A stretch of 64,000 nucleotides of DNA, taken from Candidatus Limnocylindria bacterium. GTDB lineage: Bacteria > Chloroflexota > Limnocylindria > Limnocylindrales > CSP1-4. The notes beneath the pieces are model-generated. The model was not told the DNA's origin, made no database searches, and was given only the letters and a program-made list of their open reading frames with translations. The position numbers and the translations under genes are program-made. The number at the start of each line of letters is the position of its first letter. The first letter of the stretch is position 1. The stretch spans positions 469 through 64,468 of the forward strand of contig DATKBR010000004.1 in NCBI GenBank assembly GCA_035513775.1, written 5' to 3'. Shown piece by piece: positions 54,389 to 62,356 of this stretch.

Positions 54389-55659
54389 GCGCCGGCCGCC
54401 GCCTTCGCGCCGGGGTTTGTCGCCGCGGCCTGCGCCGCGCTCGGGCCGCGGCTGGCCAGCTTGCGGAGCTTGCGCTTGACCGGCGCCTCGGTCCCGACGA
54501 GCGTCTCGTTGTCGTCGCCCTTGATGAAGGCCTCGACGCGGTTGTACGCGATGTCGTCGTGGATCTGGTGCGGCGGGCTCTTCATGAAGTAGCTCGAGGG
54601 CGCGACGAGGGTGCCCTTGAGGCCCCGATCCAGGCCCAGCTTGAGGCAGCGGATGGCGTCGGTGATGACGCCTGCGCTGTTGGGGCTGTCCCAGACCTCC
54701 AGCTTGAGCTCCGCGTTGAGCGGCACGTCGCCGTAGGTGGTGCCCTCCATCCGGATATAGCACCACTTGCGGTCGAGCAGCCACGGCACGTGGTCGCTGG
54801 GGCCGACGTGGACGTCGCCGTCCTCCAGCTCGTAGTCGAGCATCGAGGTGACGGCATTGGTCTTCGAGATCTTCTTGGACTCCAGGCGCTCGCGCTCCAG
54901 CATGTTCAGGAAGTCCGTGTTGCCGCCGAAGTTCAGCTGGTACGTCCGATCCAGCCGGACGCCGCGGTCCATGAACAGGCGGGTCAGCACGCGGTGGGCG
55001 ATCGTGGCGCCGACCTGGCTCTTGATGTCGTCCCCGATGACCGGCAGGCCCTCCTCGGCGAACCGGCGCTGCCAGTACGGCTCACGACCGATGAACACCG
55101 GGATGGCGTTGATGAACCCGACGCCGGCGCGGAGCGCCTGCTCCACGTACCACTTCGTCGCCTCCTCGGAGCCGACGGGCAGGTACGACACCATGACGTC
55201 GACCTCGCGCTCCTTGAGGATGCTCACGATGTCGGCCGTCGGGCCGGGGGCCTTCTCGATGACCTGGCTCAGGTACTTGCCCAGGCCGTCGTGGGTCATG
55301 CCGCGCTCGACGGTGACGCCGAGGTTCTTGACCTGCTGGAACACGTAGGTGTTGTTGGGCTTCGTGTAGATCGCCTCGGACAGGTCCTTGCCGACCTTGT
55401 TCTTGTCGATGTCGAAGGCGGCAACGAACTCGATGTCGCGGACGTGGTAGCCGCCGAGGTTGACGTGCATCAGCCCGGGGACGAAGTCGTCCTCCTTGGC
55501 GTTCTCGTAGTAATAGCGGCCCTGGACGAGGCTGCTCGCGCAGTTGCCGACGCCGACGATCGCGACGCGGATCTTGCCGTCCTTGCGGCGGTTGGAGCCG
55601 GCCCACGTGTTGGTGGGGCTACCGTTCTTGCCGCTGCCGTTCTTGCCGTTGCCTGCCAT
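54385..55659 (-). CDS. ino1: myo-Inositol-1-phosphate synthase
   Basis: [54 protein letters not shown], all typical of the bacterial/archaeal MIPS family. Confidence 0.92.
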   Translation of the reverse strand: MAGNGKNGSGKNGSPTNTWAGSNRRKDGKIRVAIVGVGNCASSLVQGRYYYENAKEDDFVPGLMHVNLGGYHVRDIEFVAAFDIDKNKVGKDLSEAIYTKPNNTYVFQQVKNLGVTVERGMTHDGLGKYLSQVIEKAPGPTADIVSILKEREVDVMVSYLPVGSEEATKWYVEQALRAGVGFINAIPVFIGREPYWQRRFAEEGLPVIGDDIKSQVGATIAHRVLTRLFMDRGVRLDRTYQLNFGGNTDFLNMLERERLESKKISKTNAVTSMLDYELEDGDVHVGPSDHVPWLLDRKWCYIRMEGTTYGDVPLNAELKLEVWDSPNSAGVITDAIRCLKLGLDRGLKGTLVAPSSYFMKSPPHQIHDDIAYNRVEAFIKGDDNETLVGTEAPVKRKLRKLASRGPSAAQAAATNPGAKAAAGA

Positions 55660-55820
55660 GTGCGGTGCTCCTTGCTGTTTGCTCGGTATTGGTCGTTGGT
55701 GGTCGTTGTCTGGTTCGTATGCCCGTTCTGGCGGGCTGCCGGGCGACTAGCCCTTGGCGATGCGCGTCGCCGGCATACGAAGGTGGTCGGGCCCTCCGGC
55801 GAGGGCGTGGGCGTGCCGAC
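55660..55820 (-). promoter_or_regulatory. Structured 161-nt leader/intercistronic region upstream of ino1
   Basis: In the RNA sense: hairpin GCCCTC-gccg-GAGGGC. Then a 9-bp closing stem TCGTATGCC...GGCATACGA (plus-strand 55715-55723 and 55772-55780) enclosing two small hairpins. Then a C/A-rich unstructured tract, then AAGGAG 7 nt before the ATG. Confidence 0.4.
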
Positions 55821-56525
55821 TCAGCCCTCCCTCGACTGCGCGCGTACGTGGAGCGTGCGCTGGATGGTCGTCAGGGTCGCCAGGACCGTGACGAGGGCAA
55901 GAGTGCCGCCAAGCGCGATGTCGCCCGCGACGTATGCATCGGGAGCGGCGCAAAGGACGAGCGGGTCCGCCGGGCAATCGAACGTCGGCGGGCCAACCGG
56001 CCCGACGATCGACGCAGCGAGGAGCCCGACCGTCAGCAGCGCCACCCTGACTTCCCGCGGCGCGAGGCCGATGTTCGCGAGACCGCTGCCGGAGGCGAAG
56101 CCCAGGCTCTCGGCCTTGGCGCGGGTGTAGCTGACCATGAATGCCGCGGCCATCGCGGACGAGGCGAGGATCGCGCCGAAGTCGAACCCGGCGGCGAGGC
56201 AGCCGGCGGCGATGCCGACGTAGACGATCGCCTCGCCGGCGCGGTCGAAGGTGGAGTCGAGGAAGGCGCCCAGCTTCGTGGCCCGGCCGGTCGCGCGGGC
56301 GAGGGTGCCGTCGAAGAGGTCGAAGATGCCGAAGGCGAGAACGAGCACGCCGGCCACGAACCACTGCTGGCTCGCGGCAAAGAATGCCGCCACGCAGGTG
56401 CCGACGAAGCCGATGAGCGTCAGCGCATTCGGCGACAGCCCGAGCCGGCCGAGGCCGCGCGCGATCGGGGTGGCGAGGTCGCGCACCCGCTGTCGCGCCG
56501 CCGCGGAGACGAACGAGCCGTTCAC
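55821..56525 (-). CDS. pgsA: CDP-alcohol phosphatidyltransferase (phosphatidylinositol-phosphate synthase-like)
   Basis: Full motif D-x2-DG-x2-AR-x8-G-x3-D-x3-D: DLFDGTLARATGRATKLGAFLDSTFD. GTG 56525 overlaps the arsR-like TGA (GTGA). Confidence 0.85.
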   Translation of the reverse strand: MNGSFVSAAARQRVRDLATPIARGLGRLGLSPNALTLIGFVGTCVAAFFAASQQWFVAGVLVLAFGIFDLFDGTLARATGRATKLGAFLDSTFDRAGEAIVYVGIAAGCLAAGFDFGAILASSAMAAAFMVSYTRAKAESLGFASGSGLANIGLAPREVRVALLTVGLLAASIVGPVGPPTFDCPADPLVLCAAPDAYVAGDIALGGTLALVTVLATLTTIQRTLHVRAQSREG

Positions 56526-56953
56526 GAAGGCGTGTGCTCCGGCGCCCCGTGGATGCCGAGAACGCGGCGCTCGTAGTCCGCGAAAGCGTGGAAGGCCTCG
56601 GGGAGGAGGCGGGAGATCGTCTCGCGGCCGACGCGCCGGGTGTGGACGAGGCCCGCGCTGCGGAGCCGGCCCAGGTGCCACGACACGAGTGGCTGGCTGA
56701 GCCCGACCCGGTCGATGAGCTCGGACACGGTTGCCTCGCCCTGGGCGAGGCGCTGCACGATCCGGAGCCGGTTCACGTCGGCGAGCGCCTTGTGGACGAT
56801 GCGCAGCGAGCGGAGCTCGTCCGGCTGGTCGACGACGGAGGCGAGGGTCGAGCGGATGCGCGCGGGGGATGGGGCCAAGATGGGAGCTCCGATCGCGTGA
56901 GATCCGGGAAACCGGGCACCGTGCGGCGCGCGGCCGGCTACCCAATGGATCAA
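56522..56953 (-). CDS. ArsR/SmtB-family transcriptional regulator
   Basis: HKALADVNRLRIVQRLAQGEATVSELIDRVGLSQPLVSWHLGRLRSAGLV. A shorter product from TTG 56878 (GGAG 8 nt upstream) is possible. Confidence 0.8.
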   Translation of the reverse strand: MIHWVAGRAPHGARFPGSHAIGAPILAPSPARIRSTLASVVDQPDELRSLRIVHKALADVNRLRIVQRLAQGEATVSELIDRVGLSQPLVSWHLGRLRSAGLVHTRRVGRETISRLLPEAFHAFADYERRVLGIHGAPEHTPS

Positions 56954-56964
56954 CGGTGGTTTAT

Positions 56965-56996
56965 ATCAATATGCATTGATCCTCAACCCCTGTCAA
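56965..56996 (-). promoter_or_regulatory. Promoter with an embedded operator palindrome upstream of the ArsR-led operon
   Basis: The minus strand reads TTGACA-N17-CATATT (a perfect -35). The palindrome ATCAAT-N4-ATTGAT (56965-56980) overlaps the spacer and -10. This is the AT-richest spot in the area. Confidence 0.5.
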
Positions 56997-57022
56997 CGCC
57001 GAAGAGTCGGTCGACCGAGGCC

Positions 57023-57703
57023 TCAGCTCGCGACGGCCTTGACCATGCGCCAGCCGACGACCGTGCTGGCCAGCGCGGGAACGGCCAGCCAGGCGATCAG
57101 CCCGATCAGCACCAGGCGCGCCAGGCCGAGCTGCGCTGTCGCGTTCGACATCGGCCCGCCCACGCTCCCCGGCTCCGTGCCCGAATCGAGGTTGCCCACG
57201 AGGGTTTCCAGCTGAGTTGCCAGGAAGCGAAGGTTCGCCGCGACCGCCACGGCGTCTGCTGCGTTCGTCCGCAGCGACGCTGCCGCCGTGCGGAGGTCCG
57301 TCGCGAGGGCGCGCGCGTCAGCCCCGGCGGCACCGAAGTCCTGGGACAGGCCGGCGAACGGCCGCGCCCCGAACAGCTCGAATGAGCCGAGTGCCGCCAG
57401 GCCATCGAAGGAGTCGGCGAGATTCGTGGCCAGGATTCCCGCGCGATCCGCCGCGGCGCTGGTCGTGGTCAGGCTCGTGCCGGCGTTGGCTGCGCTCGCG
57501 GCCGCGGTGGCCAGCGCCGCGGACGCCGGCCTCAGCATGGCCACGAGCTCCGTTTGCTGTCGATCGAAGCTCGAGGCCGCGTCGTCGATGGCGGACAGCG
57601 AGTCCAGGACGAGCGCCGCGGCCGCGGCGAGCAGGATGAGGCCGATCAGGCCGAACGCGACCAGGCCCGAACCGAGACGCCGGCGGGCACGAGCGGGGTT
57701 CAC
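57023..57703 (-). CDS. Hypothetical Ala-rich protein with N- and C-terminal TM helices
   Basis: GTG 57703 overlaps the permease TGA (GTGA). TM1 LVAFGLIGLILLAAAAALVL, TM2 LVLIGLIAWLAVPALAS; the Ala-rich middle part is probably helical. Confidence 0.45.
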   Translation of the reverse strand: MNPARARRRLGSGLVAFGLIGLILLAAAAALVLDSLSAIDDAASSFDRQQTELVAMLRPASAALATAAASAANAGTSLTTTSAAADRAGILATNLADSFDGLAALGSFELFGARPFAGLSQDFGAAGADARALATDLRTAAASLRTNAADAVAVAANLRFLATQLETLVGNLDSGTEPGSVGGPMSNATAQLGLARLVLIGLIAWLAVPALASTVVGWRMVKAVAS

Positions 57704-58890
57704 GCTGGTCGAAGCTCCCGGCGGAGAAGGATCCAGCTCAGGGCCAGCACCACGGCCCCGATTCCGCCGAGCGCGACGAGCTGCCACGGCTCCCCGATCG
57801 ACCCCGTCAGCATCGTCTGCTGGAGGAGCGCGATGCCGTGCGTGACCGGCAGCAGGTTCGTCGCGGACTGGACGAGCGGCTGGAACTCCTCGGTCCGGAG
57901 GATGAAGCCGCTGAAGAACATCGAGGCGAGCAGGGTGAGCAGCGAGAGCTGGACGGCCTGCCGCTCCGAATCGGAGATCACCGAGATCAGCAGGCCGAGT
58001 CCGAGCGACGCGACCAAAAGCAGCCCGACGACCAGCGCCACGTCCGCCGCGCCGCCGAGCATGGGCACGCCGAGCACGGACACGAGCAGCCAGACGGACA
58101 GCGCCGCGATGGCACCACCCAGCAGGCCGAAGGCGACGACCTTCCCGGTCACGAGCTCGGTCGCGCGCAACGGCGAGGACCGGAACCGATCGAGGGCGCC
58201 GCTCGTCCGCTCCCGCACGATCGACAGGGCGATGAGCGTCACGGCCATATGCTGCAGGACGAGGGCAAGCGCCGCAGGCCCGAAGTAGCCGACCATCGAC
58301 GGCGCGACCGGCGACAGGTTCGTCAGGACCGCGCGCGTGGGTGACGCGATGACGTCCGGCGGCACGGCTGAAAGGTCCCGCCCCCCCATCGTGATGGCGT
58401 AGGCCTGCCCCTCGGCGGCTCCCTGCCGGTAGATCTCGCGGTTCACCGCGGCCGCCATGGTGTCGGCCAGGAAGCTGGCGTAGTTCGCAGCGACCGGATC
58501 CGTGACGTCGATCACGACCTGCAGTTCGGCCTGCCGGCCGGCCTCCACCGAGCCGACGACGTCGGTCGGGGCGACGATGACGAGGTCGACCTCACCGGCG
58601 CTGAGGCGCGCCTCGGCCGCCGCGCGATCATCGAGGATGTCGATGAACGCGAAGCCCCTGATCCCGAGGCCGTGGTAGGTGGCGAGGTCCGTGGGCAGGG
58701 TTGAGGCGGCGTCCACGACCACGATCGCCCGCAGGTCCTCCTTGTAGCCCTGGTAGCCGGCACCGAAGACGGCCAGGATCAGGAACGGCCCCAGGATCAG
58801 GCTGAACACCGCCCCGGGACGCCGAAAGACCTCGATGATCTCTTTGCCGATCACGGCGAGGATCCTCGCGACGAGCTTGACGATGCCCAT
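57700..58890 (-). CDS. ABC-2 type transporter permease
   Basis: One N-terminal TM, a large extracytoplasmic loop, then 5 C-terminal TM segments, typical of the YbhR/YhhJ-like ABC-2 family. Confidence 0.8.
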   Translation of the reverse strand: MGIVKLVARILAVIGKEIIEVFRRPGAVFSLILGPFLILAVFGAGYQGYKEDLRAIVVVDAASTLPTDLATYHGLGIRGFAFIDILDDRAAAEARLSAGEVDLVIVAPTDVVGSVEAGRQAELQVVIDVTDPVAANYASFLADTMAAAVNREIYRQGAAEGQAYAITMGGRDLSAVPPDVIASPTRAVLTNLSPVAPSMVGYFGPAALALVLQHMAVTLIALSIVRERTSGALDRFRSSPLRATELVTGKVVAFGLLGGAIAALSVWLLVSVLGVPMLGGAADVALVVGLLLVASLGLGLLISVISDSERQAVQLSLLTLLASMFFSGFILRTEEFQPLVQSATNLLPVTHGIALLQQTMLTGSIGEPWQLVALGGIGAVVLALSWILLRRELRPA

Positions 58891-59843
58891 CAGGCGGCTT
58901 CCGTGGCGGCGGGGCGCACGCCGGTGCCCGTGGCCGCCCGGTCACGCTCGATCAGCACGCCGAAGACCTCCTCGAACGAGGGCCGTATCTCGCGCACGGC
59001 GTCGACCTCGGCGCCTGCAGCGGCGATGGCCTGGACGATGTCGGCCGAAGCGGTGCCGGCGTTCTGGACGATGACGCGCAGGTCGCGCGGCCCGGTCTGG
59101 CGGATCGCGACGATTCCGTGGCTGCCCGTCAGGTGGCTGCCGTCGAAGACGTTGGTTGTCGTGACTTCCACGACCTCGCCGCCGAATGCGGTGCGCCGGA
59201 TGTCGTCCGGCGAGCCGAAGCCGATCAGGCGACCGTCGGAGATCAAGGCGACGAGGTTGCACTCCTCGGCCTCGGTCACGTACTGCGTCGTGACGACAGA
59301 GGTCACGCCGCGCTCGCGCAGGCGGTGAATTTCGTCCCAGATGGTTCGGCGCAGGATCGGGTCGATGCCCGCTGACGGCTCGTCGAGGACCAGGAGCTCC
59401 GGCTCGTGGACCAGGGCCGCGGCGAGCTCCAGCCGGCGTTTCATGCCGCCCGACAGCTCGCCTGCCCGCCGGCCCCGCACGTCCCAAAGGTCGACGAGCT
59501 CCAGGACGGCTCGCCGGCGCCGGTAGCGCCGCCACAGGAGGAGCCCGTACAGAGTCGCCGCGAAGTCGACGTTCTCGAGGGCGGACAGGTCGGGGTACAT
59601 GCTGAAGATCTGCGGCAGATAGCCGATCCGCTCGCGCGTCCGCCGGCTGAGCTTGCCCGGCCGCTCGCCAAGCACCTCCACGGTCCCCGCCGTGGGGGCA
59701 AGCGAGCCCGTGATCATCCGGATGGTGGTCGTCTTGCCGGAGCCGGAGGGGCCGACGAGGCCCAGCACCGCGCCGGCCGGGACCTCCATGTCCAGGCCCG
59801 CAACCGCGTCGTGTCCGTTGTAGCGCTTGGTGACGCCAACCAT
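58890..59843 (-). CDS. ABC transporter ATP-binding protein (probably extends to an ATC start at 59867)
   Basis: Walker A GPSGSGKTT, signature LSGGMKRR, Walker B LLVLDEPSAGID. The first beta-strand is encoded upstream of the ATG (see finding). Confidence 0.9.
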   Translation of the reverse strand: MVGVTKRYNGHDAVAGLDMEVPAGAVLGLVGPSGSGKTTTIRMITGSLAPTAGTVEVLGERPGKLSRRTRERIGYLPQIFSMYPDLSALENVDFAATLYGLLLWRRYRRRRAVLELVDLWDVRGRRAGELSGGMKRRLELAAALVHEPELLVLDEPSAGIDPILRRTIWDEIHRLRERGVTSVVTTQYVTEAEECNLVALISDGRLIGFGSPDDIRRTAFGGEVVEVTTTNVFDGSHLTGSHGIVAIRQTGPRDLRVIVQNAGTASADIVQAIAAAGAEVDAVREIRPSFEEVFGVLIERDRAATGTGVRPAATEAA

Positions 59844-59976
59844 CCGAATGGCGACCGAGGCTGTGATGGCGCGACCCTCCCTGCTATGGACTCAAGCGTG
59901 GCGGGTTGACGGTTGCAGACAGAAGACCAACGGGCGCGCCTCGGCGACGAGTGCGTTGCGGGCCGGCGACCGCACC

Positions 59977-59982
59977 TACACT
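59977..59982 (+). promoter_or_regulatory. -10-like TACACT exactly 7 nt before the MFS ATG (leaderless geometry)
   Basis: Reads TACACT cgcgcgc ATG. A -35-like GTTGCG/TTGCGG lies 15-16 nt upstream. No SD. Confidence 0.45.
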
Positions 59983-59989
59983 CGCGCGC

Positions 59990-61561
59990 ATGGGACGCGG
60001 GACGGCGCTGCTGCTGCTCGCCGTGGTCGGGACCGGCGCGTTCCTGTCCGGCCTCGAGCTGATGATCACCGCGGTCGCCCTGCCGGCGATCCTGGTCGAC
60101 CTCGCCGACTGGACCGAGCTTCGCGCGGCGTCCTGGATCATCAACGGGTACCTGCTCGTGTCGATCGTGGTGATGCCCCTCGCGGGCCAGCTCGCCGATC
60201 GCTTCGGCGTGCGGCGAGTGTTCCTCGGGGCGCTGGTGGTGTTCACGGCGGGCTCGGTCCTCGCCGGCGCCGCGAGCGGGCTCGGCGGGCTCATCGCCGC
60301 GCGCCTGCTGCAGGCAGCGGGTGGCGGCGCCCTGGTGCCGGTCGCGACGGCCGCCGCGTCCCACCTGTACGACGGCCCGGCGCGCCCGCGCGCCCTCGGT
60401 GCGATCGGCGCGCTGACCTTCCTGGGCATGGCCGCAGGCCCGTTCGCGGGCGCCTGGATCATGCAGGCGATCCACCCGTTGGCCCTGCTGGACTCGTTGG
60501 GCATCGACGGCGGGCTGCGTGACTCGCTGGACGGGTCCTGGCGGTACGTGTTCTACGTCAACATCCCGATCGGACTCGCGCTCCTCGCGCTGGGCTGGGC
60601 GGCGACCACGGGCTGGACGACGCCCCTCCGCGAGCACCGGCTCGACCTCGGCGGCGCCGCCGCGGCATCCATCGGGCTCGGCGCGCTGCTGCTCGGCATG
60701 ACCCTCGCCGGCAGCGAGCCCATCGAGGGTCTCGCCACCGACCCGACCCTCCTCGCCGCGGCGCTCGGCGCGGCCGGGGTGGCCGGGCTGGCTGCCGCCG
60801 TGATGATCGGCCGCCGCCGCGCCGAGCCGTTCATCGACACCGCCTGGTTCCGCGCCCGCTCGTTTACCGCAGCGACGCTGGTCTCGCTCCTGACCGGGTA
60901 TGGGTTCGCGACGGCGATCATCGGCGGCGCCGTCTTCGTCGACCGCGTCCTGTACGGCGGCCCGGACCAGCAGCGGGTGGCGCTGGGCGCTCTCGCCGCC
61001 GCGACCGCCGCTGGGGCGCTCGTCTCCGGCCTCGTGCTGCGCGCCGTCGGGCTCCGAGTGACGACGCTGATCGGGCTCGCGGCTGCCACCGCGGCGCTCG
61101 TGCGCATGGCCGGCTGGACGCCCGCGACGCCGCTCGCCGAGGTCGCGCTCTGGCTCGCCCTGTTCGGCGCCGGCTTCGGGCTGACGGTGACGCCGCGCTC
61201 GGCCGCCGCCGTCGCGGCGCTGGGCGATCGCGCCTACGGCATCGCCTCTGCGGCGGTGACGGTCGCGCGAATGCTGGGTATGGCCATCGGACTCGCGGCG
61301 CTCACGGCGTTCGGGTCCACGATCATCGACCGGCTGTGGGCCGCCATCCGCGCCACGCCCGACGCGTACAAGGCGTTCATTCCCGCGTCGCTGCGGGATC
61401 GCGCATTCAACGACGGGCTCGTCGTCCAGGCGCTCGAGACGTGGGCGAGCGGCGAGGCGGCCCGGATCCTGGTCGGGGTGTTCCTGGTGGCCGCCGCGGT
61501 CATGGCGGCCGCGGCGCTGCCCTCGCTGACCCTGGGCCGCGAGCCGCGCCGGCCGCTCTAG
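59990..61561 (+). CDS. MFS transporter, DHA2/EmrB-like (about 14 TM)
   Basis: MGRGTALLLLAVVGTGAFLSGLELMITAVALP..., motif A-like GQLADRFGVRRVF. Length and TM count fit DHA2. Confidence 0.85.
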   Translation: MGRGTALLLLAVVGTGAFLSGLELMITAVALPAILVDLADWTELRAASWIINGYLLVSIVVMPLAGQLADRFGVRRVFLGALVVFTAGSVLAGAASGLGGLIAARLLQAAGGGALVPVATAAASHLYDGPARPRALGAIGALTFLGMAAGPFAGAWIMQAIHPLALLDSLGIDGGLRDSLDGSWRYVFYVNIPIGLALLALGWAATTGWTTPLREHRLDLGGAAAASIGLGALLLGMTLAGSEPIEGLATDPTLLAAALGAAGVAGLAAAVMIGRRRAEPFIDTAWFRARSFTAATLVSLLTGYGFATAIIGGAVFVDRVLYGGPDQQRVALGALAAATAAGALVSGLVLRAVGLRVTTLIGLAAATAALVRMAGWTPATPLAEVALWLALFGAGFGLTVTPRSAAAVAALGDRAYGIASAAVTVARMLGMAIGLAALTAFGSTIIDRLWAAIRATPDAYKAFIPASLRDRAFNDGLVVQALETWASGEAARILVGVFLVAAAVMAAAALPSLTLGREPRRPL

Positions 61562-61577
61562 CCGCCGCGCGCGCCGC

Positions 61578-62270
61578 CTACGTACAGATTCGCGGATGCG
61601 CCTCGGGGTGCGCCGCCTTCGGCGTTGTCCTCTCGGCGGACAGGAAGTCGGCGACGACCTGGAGCTTGGGCACGGTGCCGTTGGGCCCCTCGGAGGTCTG
61701 CATCCAGAGGCGCTCCGTGGTGGCGTTGATGGCATCGTTCAAATCCCGCGTGTGGCGGCGGACCTCGGAGATCGTGTACAGGAACAGCCAGTCGTCGCTG
61801 GTGTACACCTCGACCGTCATCCCGATCATCCGTCGGCCGTTGTTCTGCTCCGAGGCGAGCAGCAGCGGCCGGAACATGCCGTCGCGTGCGTGGGCGTAGA
61901 TGTAGGTCGCCCGGCCCTGCCCCGGCTGCCCCAGCAGCGGCTGGTAGAGCGCGACATCGCACAGCGGGTAGATGCCGTAGTTGTCCGTCTGGAGCATCAC
62001 CGGCAGGTCGATGTTCAGCCGCCGGACCACGATCCGGGTCGCGACGCGGCCCGGCGGGAAGCTGGGGCTGACGACGTCGGTGCCACCCGGCAGGATGATC
62101 TCGCCGCCGAACGTCGGCAGTGGCTCGTACGACGCCAGGGGCCGCGGGCTAGGCGGCGCGACGACCGCGCTCGTGTACGACATGAGCCCGCCGGCCAGCA
62201 ACGCGACGCCGGTCGCTGTGAGCAGCGCGGGCACGAGGCGGAGGCCGACCCGGCGGCCGATCGATTGCAT
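61578..62270 (-). CDS. Sortase-fold (class E/F-like) membrane-anchored protein with Ser and Lys in place of the catalytic Cys and Arg
   Basis: TM anchor, LNIDLPVM, the His region ATYIYAHARDGMFRPLL, and the beta-strand pair GMTVEVYTSDDWLFLYTISEV. Then LWMQTSEG where sortases have L-x-T-C, and KLQVVADF where the Arg sits. Confidence 0.5.
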   Translation of the reverse strand: MQSIGRRVGLRLVPALLTATGVALLAGGLMSYTSAVVAPPSPRPLASYEPLPTFGGEIILPGGTDVVSPSFPPGRVATRIVVRRLNIDLPVMLQTDNYGIYPLCDVALYQPLLGQPGQGRATYIYAHARDGMFRPLLLASEQNNGRRMIGMTVEVYTSDDWLFLYTISEVRRHTRDLNDAINATTERLWMQTSEGPNGTVPKLQVVADFLSAERTTPKAAHPEAHPRICT

Positions 62271-62356
62271 GTCGGAGACACTACCAGCAGAGCCCGTTGC
62301 GGCTGGTCGACGGACCCACCCGTGCTTCGGGCGAGCGTGGAAACGGCGCGTCTGGC

